DNA of 64,000 nucleotides from Escherichia coli (GTDB lineage Bacteria; Pseudomonadota; Gammaproteobacteria; Enterobacterales; Enterobacteriaceae): NCBI RefSeq assembly GCF_024700885.2, contig NZ_CP117016.1; one strand, 5' to 3'. Shown piece by piece: positions 59,295 to 64,000 of this stretch (position 1 is its first letter; each line of letters starts with the position of its first letter). The notes under the pieces were generated by a model. It saw only the letters and a program-made list of their open reading frames with translations, ran no database searches and was not told where the DNA came from. The position numbers and the translations under genes were made by a program.

Positions 59295-60977
59295 TTACGA
59301 AACTAACATCCCGGTAAACACATACGCCTGCAGCAGGGTGATAATGCCGATAACGCTGGCAAAAATCAGACTGTGCTTCACGGTGTAGCGGAACAGTTCA
59401 GATTCTCGGCCCACCATGCCCGTCGCGGCGCAGGCCACGGCGATAGATTGCGGGGAGATCATCTTGCCAGTTACGCCGCCGCTGGTATTTGCTGCCACCA
59501 GCAGGGTGTCAGAGACGTTGATTTGCTGCGCCGTGGTCGATTGCAGTGAACCAAACAGGGCGTTAGAGGAGGTGTCCGAGCCGGTAAGGAATACGCCCAG
59601 CCAGCCGAGAAACGGTGAGAAAAACGGGAACATTACGCCTGTACCTGCCAGTACCAGCGCCAGCGTGGTGGACATGCCGGAATAGTTGGTGACGAAGGCG
59701 AACGCCAGCACCATGCCAATCGACAATATCGGCCACTTCAGACTAATTAGCGTTTCGGCAAAGACGCCAATCCCTTTCTTGATGCCCACGCCGAGGATGA
59801 AGATAGAGATAATCGCCGCAATAAAAATAGCGGTGCCGCCAGCTGAGAGAGGGTCGAATTTAAACACCGCATCCATTGGCGTTGGTTGGGCGACAATGGG
59901 TGCCGCTTTCAACACTTGTTGATGCAAATGAGGGATCTGGAAATTAATCACCAGTGAATAAAACGCGCCGCCCGGAGCAAATAACGCTTTAAACGGCTTC
60001 ATAGTCCAGATGGTGACCAGCACCGTTAAGATTAAAAACGGTGACCACGCACGAATGATTTGCCCCAGACTATATTCTGAAGGCACGGGACCGCCAGAAG
60101 ATGGTTTATTCACCACCATCGCTCCTGCGGATTGTCCCATGCTGATTGCCGTTTCGGTATTTTTCGGCCGCCAGACTTTAAGGAATAAAGCGAGTGAGAC
60201 GATACTCACCAGCGCCGAAGTAATATCCGGCAGTTCCGGACCAATATAGTTAGAGGTAAAGAACTGCGTGACAGCGAAGCTTCCCCCAGCAACCAGCGCC
60301 GCTGGCCACGTCTCTTTCACCCCTTTCCAGCCGTCCATCATTGCTACCAGCCAGAACGGTACAAGAACCGACAGGAACGGTAACTGACGTCCCGCCATTG
60401 CGCCAACATGGAACGGATCGATTCCCGTTACCTGACCGGCGACCAGAATCGGCACGCCCAACGCACCAAACGCCACCGGCGCAGTATTGGCAATCAGACA
60501 CAGCCCCGCCGCGTATAACGGTTTGAAGCCCAGGCCCACCAGCAGCGCACCGGTAATCGCCACCGGCGCACCAAAGCCAGCCGCCCCTTCCAGCAGCGCG
60601 CCAAAGGAGAAACCAATCAGTAACACCTGCAAACGCTGATCGTCAGTGATGGAGATAACCGAGCTGCGGATAATATCGAACTGACCGCTGGCAACGGTTA
60701 ATTTATAGAGGAACACCGCCGCAACAATAATCCACGCAATAGGCCATAATCCATAAATAAAGCCATAGCCCGCAGCAGCAAATGCCATATCAATCGGCAT
60801 TTTAAAGGCGAATATTGCAATCAGGATAGATAATATAAGGGTTATTGCTCCAGCGACATGTCCTTTCAGACGTAATACCGCGAGTGCAACGAAGAAGAAT
60901 ATTATCGGGATCAGGGCGACCAGAGCGGATAGCCCCAGTCCTCCCATCGGCATATACATTTGGGTCCAGGTAACCAT
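59295..60977 (-). CDS. glcA: glycolate/lactate permease GlcA
   Basis: 560 aa, [29 protein letters not shown] start as recalled for GlcA. Confidence 0.9.
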   Translation of the reverse strand: MVTWTQMYMPMGGLGLSALVALIPIIFFFVALAVLRLKGHVAGAITLILSILIAIFAFKMPIDMAFAAAGYGFIYGLWPIAWIIVAAVFLYKLTVASGQFDIIRSSVISITDDQRLQVLLIGFSFGALLEGAAGFGAPVAITGALLVGLGFKPLYAAGLCLIANTAPVAFGALGVPILVAGQVTGIDPFHVGAMAGRQLPFLSVLVPFWLVAMMDGWKGVKETWPAALVAGGSFAVTQFFTSNYIGPELPDITSALVSIVSLALFLKVWRPKNTETAISMGQSAGAMVVNKPSSGGPVPSEYSLGQIIRAWSPFLILTVLVTIWTMKPFKALFAPGGAFYSLVINFQIPHLHQQVLKAAPIVAQPTPMDAVFKFDPLSAGGTAIFIAAIISIFILGVGIKKGIGVFAETLISLKWPILSIGMVLAFAFVTNYSGMSTTLALVLAGTGVMFPFFSPFLGWLGVFLTGSDTSSNALFGSLQSTTAQQINVSDTLLVAANTSGGVTGKMISPQSIAVACAATGMVGRESELFRYTVKHSLIFASVIGIITLLQAYVFTGMLVS

Positions 60978-61331
60978 ATTGTTCAGTCTCTTGTTATCTT
61001 TATATGCTTGATATACTTAAGGTTGTAATAAGCAAAAGAGGACTGAACTGTAAAATATAGGCGTTATACTTTACAGCAACAGTACGCCGCTAACGCAATT
61101 GCTACCTCTGGCATAACAAGTATATCGGGTAAGGGTTTCTGTTCCGCACACGCAGGCGCAGAGTATCGTTAAGATGTCCATATTGTTGTTTTAGGCCCGC
61201 TAGTAATGCGCTACGGGTATTTAATATTGTTAAACCCTGATAATCGCTCCGGTTATTTCCGGGATAAATGTACTACCGCAGTTACTATCATAGCCCCGAC
61301 AATAAAACTTGCCGGGGCTTTTTTGACGCTA

Positions 61332-63503
61332 TTAATGACTTTCTTTTTCGCGTAAACGCCAGGCGTGTAATAACGGTTCGGTATAGCCGTTTGGCTGTTT
61401 CACGCCGAGGAAGATTAAATCGCTGGCAGCTTTAAAAGCACACGAGTTAGCGAAATTTCCCGCCATCGGACGATAAGCCGGATCGCCAGCGTTTTGCTGA
61501 TCAACCACTTTCGCCATATTCTCCAGCGACGCCTGCACCTGTTCTTTGGTCAGAATACCGTGACGTAACCAGTTGGCGATATGCTGGCTGGAGATACGCA
61601 GCGTTGCGCGGTCTTCCATCAGCGCCACGTTGTGAATATCCGGCACTTTTGAACAACCAATCCCCTGCTCCACCCAACGCACCACGTACCCCAGAATCCC
61701 CTGCACGTTGTTATCCAGCTCTTGTTGGATCTCTTCCACCGACCAGTTAGCGTTTTCAGCCACCGGAATAGTCAGCAGATCGTCCAGCAGCGGTTCAAAT
61801 TCAGCATTGAACTCGGTCTGGGCAATGTTGGCTTGCACGCTCTGTACGTTGGTTTGGTGGTAGTGCAGCGCATGGAGCGTAGCAGCGGTTGGTGACGGAA
61901 CCCAGGCTGTGTTTGCCCCGGCACGCAGTTGGTCGCCCTTCTGGCTGTACATGTCTGCCATCAGGTCCGGCATTGCCCACATGCCTTTACCGATTTGCGC
62001 TTTACCGCGCAGCCCACAGAACAGACCGGAAAGCACGTTATTACGTTCGTAGGCTTTGATCCACGGCGTCGATTTCATCTGGTTTTTACGCAGCATCGGG
62101 CCAGCTTCCATCACCGAATGCATTTCATCGCCGGTACGGTCGAGGAAACCGGTATTGATGAACGCCACGCGGTTACGCGCCTGAGCGATACAGCTACGCA
62201 AGTTCAGCGAGGTCCGGCGTTCTTCATCCATAATGCCCATTTTCAGGGTATTCGGTGCCATACCGAGCATTGTCTCAATGCGGGTAAACAGTTTGTTGGC
62301 GAACGCCACTTCCTGCGGACCGTGCATTTTCGGTTTCACAATATAGACGCTGCCAGTGCGCGAGTTTTTCTGCACTTTTAAATCATAGAGGGCAATCGCG
62401 CCAGTCATGACTCCATCAAGAATGCCTTCCGGGATTTCATTGCCTTCGCTGTCCCAAATCACAGGAATGGTCATCAAATGACCCACGTTGCGGATAAACA
62501 GCAGCGAGCGTCCGTGCAGAGAAATTTCAGAGCCATCGGCGGCGGTGTAATGACGATCGTCATTCAGTTTACGCACGATTTGCCGACCGTTTTTTTCCAT
62601 TTTCTCTTGCAGAGTCCCCTGCATCAGGCCCAGCAGGTTGCGGTACAACAGGATTTTATCTTCCGCATCAACCGCCGCGACCGAATCTTCGCAGTCGAGA
62701 ATGGTACTGATGGCCGCTTCGACGATAACATCGTTGATATGCGCCGGATCGTCTTTGCCAATCCGTCCGTTGGCATCAATTTGCAGCTCAATATGCAGGC
62801 CGTTATTTTTCAGCAAAATGCAGGTCGGCGCAGCGGCATCGCCACGGTAACCGACAAACTGTGCTGGAGTACGTAACGTGGTTTCTTTACCATTTTTCAA
62901 CTGGATGCGTAATAGTTTATCGACCACCTTAAACGCCACCACATCCTGATAGCTGCCTTTTTCCAGCGGTAGAGATTCATCGAGGAAACGCCGAACCCAG
63001 GCGATAACCTGCTCACCGCGCTGCGGATCGTAGCCGCTGACCATCGCCCCTTCCTGCGGGATGATGTCGCTGCCGTATAACGCATCGTACAGTGAGCCCC
63101 AGCGCGCGTTCGCCGCGTTCAGCGCGTAGCGGGCATTCATCGCCGGAACCACCAGCTGTGGCCCCGCCTGGCTGGTGATTTCGCTGTCGATGCCCGTAGT
63201 TTCCACCGTCACATGCTCCGGTTGCAGCACCAGGTAGCCCAGTTCACGCAGGAAAGATTTATAGGCCGCTTTATCTTTTACCGGCCCCGGATTGCTGCGA
63301 TGCCACTCATCAAGCGCCGCCTGAATGCGATCGCGCTCTGCCAGCAACTGACGATTTTCTGGTGCCAGATCGTGAACAATCTCATCAACATTGCGCCAGA
63401 ACGCGGCAGCATCCAGTTCCACGCCCGGCAAAACCTCTTCATCCACAAAACGTTTAAAATTGGCGTCAATGCGTAAACGGCCCTGGGTTATGGTTTGACT
63501 CAT
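61332..63503 (-). CDS. glcB: malate synthase G
   Basis: 723 aa, [27 protein letters not shown] start matches GlcB. Confidence 0.95.
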   Translation of the reverse strand: MSQTITQGRLRIDANFKRFVDEEVLPGVELDAAAFWRNVDEIVHDLAPENRQLLAERDRIQAALDEWHRSNPGPVKDKAAYKSFLRELGYLVLQPEHVTVETTGIDSEITSQAGPQLVVPAMNARYALNAANARWGSLYDALYGSDIIPQEGAMVSGYDPQRGEQVIAWVRRFLDESLPLEKGSYQDVVAFKVVDKLLRIQLKNGKETTLRTPAQFVGYRGDAAAPTCILLKNNGLHIELQIDANGRIGKDDPAHINDVIVEAAISTILDCEDSVAAVDAEDKILLYRNLLGLMQGTLQEKMEKNGRQIVRKLNDDRHYTAADGSEISLHGRSLLFIRNVGHLMTIPVIWDSEGNEIPEGILDGVMTGAIALYDLKVQKNSRTGSVYIVKPKMHGPQEVAFANKLFTRIETMLGMAPNTLKMGIMDEERRTSLNLRSCIAQARNRVAFINTGFLDRTGDEMHSVMEAGPMLRKNQMKSTPWIKAYERNNVLSGLFCGLRGKAQIGKGMWAMPDLMADMYSQKGDQLRAGANTAWVPSPTAATLHALHYHQTNVQSVQANIAQTEFNAEFEPLLDDLLTIPVAENANWSVEEIQQELDNNVQGILGYVVRWVEQGIGCSKVPDIHNVALMEDRATLRISSQHIANWLRHGILTKEQVQASLENMAKVVDQQNAGDPAYRPMAGNFANSCAFKAASDLIFLGVKQPNGYTEPLLHAWRLREKESH

Positions 63504-63524
63504 TGTTTCTCTCCTCGTTTTCGC

Positions 63525-63929
63525 TTATTTCGCCAACACCGCTGCTGCCGCTTTCGCGACCTGCGCATCCTGTGCTCCGGTTAAACCAGAAACGCCCACG
63601 GCACCAATAATTTGCCCATCCACAACAACCGGTACGCCGCCTTCCAGCGACGTCAGTAACGGCGCAGTCACGAACGCGGTACGTCCGTTGTTCACCATCT
63701 CTTCATAGCCCTTAGTTTCACGACGCCCCAGCGCGGCGGTACGCGCTTTCTCCTGGGAGATGTAAGCCGCAATCGGCGCGCAATCGTCCATGCGACTTAA
63801 CGCCAGCAGATGACCGCCGTCATCGGCAACAGCAATGGAAACTGACCAGTTGTTTTTCTGAGCCTCTTCCTGACCTGCGGCAATAATTGCACTCGCCATT
63901 TGCTGGCTAAGAATGACTTTAGTTTTCAT
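63525..63929 (-). CDS. glcG: GlcG (heme-binding, DUF336) protein
   Basis: 134 aa from MKTKVILSQQ with AAGGA upstream; ORF track extends to 63947. Confidence 0.85.
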   Translation of the reverse strand: MKTKVILSQQMASAIIAAGQEEAQKNNWSVSIAVADDGGHLLALSRMDDCAPIAAYISQEKARTAALGRRETKGYEEMVNNGRTAFVTAPLLTSLEGGVPVVVDGQIIGAVGVSGLTGAQDAQVAKAAAAVLAK

Positions 63930-63933
63930 TTTG

Positions 63934-64000
63934 TTATTCCTTTTCAAGGGCTTGTTCTACAATTTCAATCCAGTGACGCACAGAGGTACGACCGGCGCTC
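63934..64000 (-). CDS. glcF: glycolate oxidase Fe-S subunit GlcF, 3' end (partial, continues off-window)
   Basis: Open frame ending ...ALEKE-stop 4 nt upstream of the glcG start; gene order glcF-glcG-glcB-glcA. Confidence 0.6.
   Translation of the reverse strand, partial: SAGRTSVRHWIEIVEQALEKE

Overview
ExPEC-like Escherichia coli chromosomal segment. No rRNA, intact tRNA or CRISPR array was found. Left to right: (1) the promoter-proximal end of a type VI secretion cluster on the minus strand (tssB, tssC, frameshifted tssK). (2) A decayed CP4-like genomic island: YagK/YfjJ-family gene, alpA, DUF3987-like gene, YeeP-like GTPase, antigen 43 with its three-GATC phase switch, yeeR, an IS66-family insertion with 8-bp target duplication, a DUF932/antirestriction/RadC/YeeT module, a cbeA-like antitoxin carrying an in-frame stop next to an intact cbtA toxin, and an IS21-family element with frameshifted istA. 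The island ends in a 22-nt copy of the tRNA-Phe 3' end, followed by an IS110 transposase remnant. (3) A complete group 2 capsule (kps) locus: region 1 kpsFEDUCS, an AT-rich three-gene region 2, and region 3 kpsMT with an ops-like element. Region 2 encodes a Bcs1-like CDP-ribitol synthase, a ~1100-aa TagF-like/HAD multidomain putative polymerase and a second TagF-like transferase, which predicts a ribitol-phosphate (teichoic-acid-like) capsule; this is the most interesting system in the window. (4) A T2SS-beta remnant (gspE 3' fragment plus gspF-M) with pppA, yghG, gspC, gspD and the 5' half of gspE absent, then intact sslE. (5) glcA, glcB, glcG and the 3' end of glcF. All family assignments are from reading the translations and remembered motifs; no database search was run.
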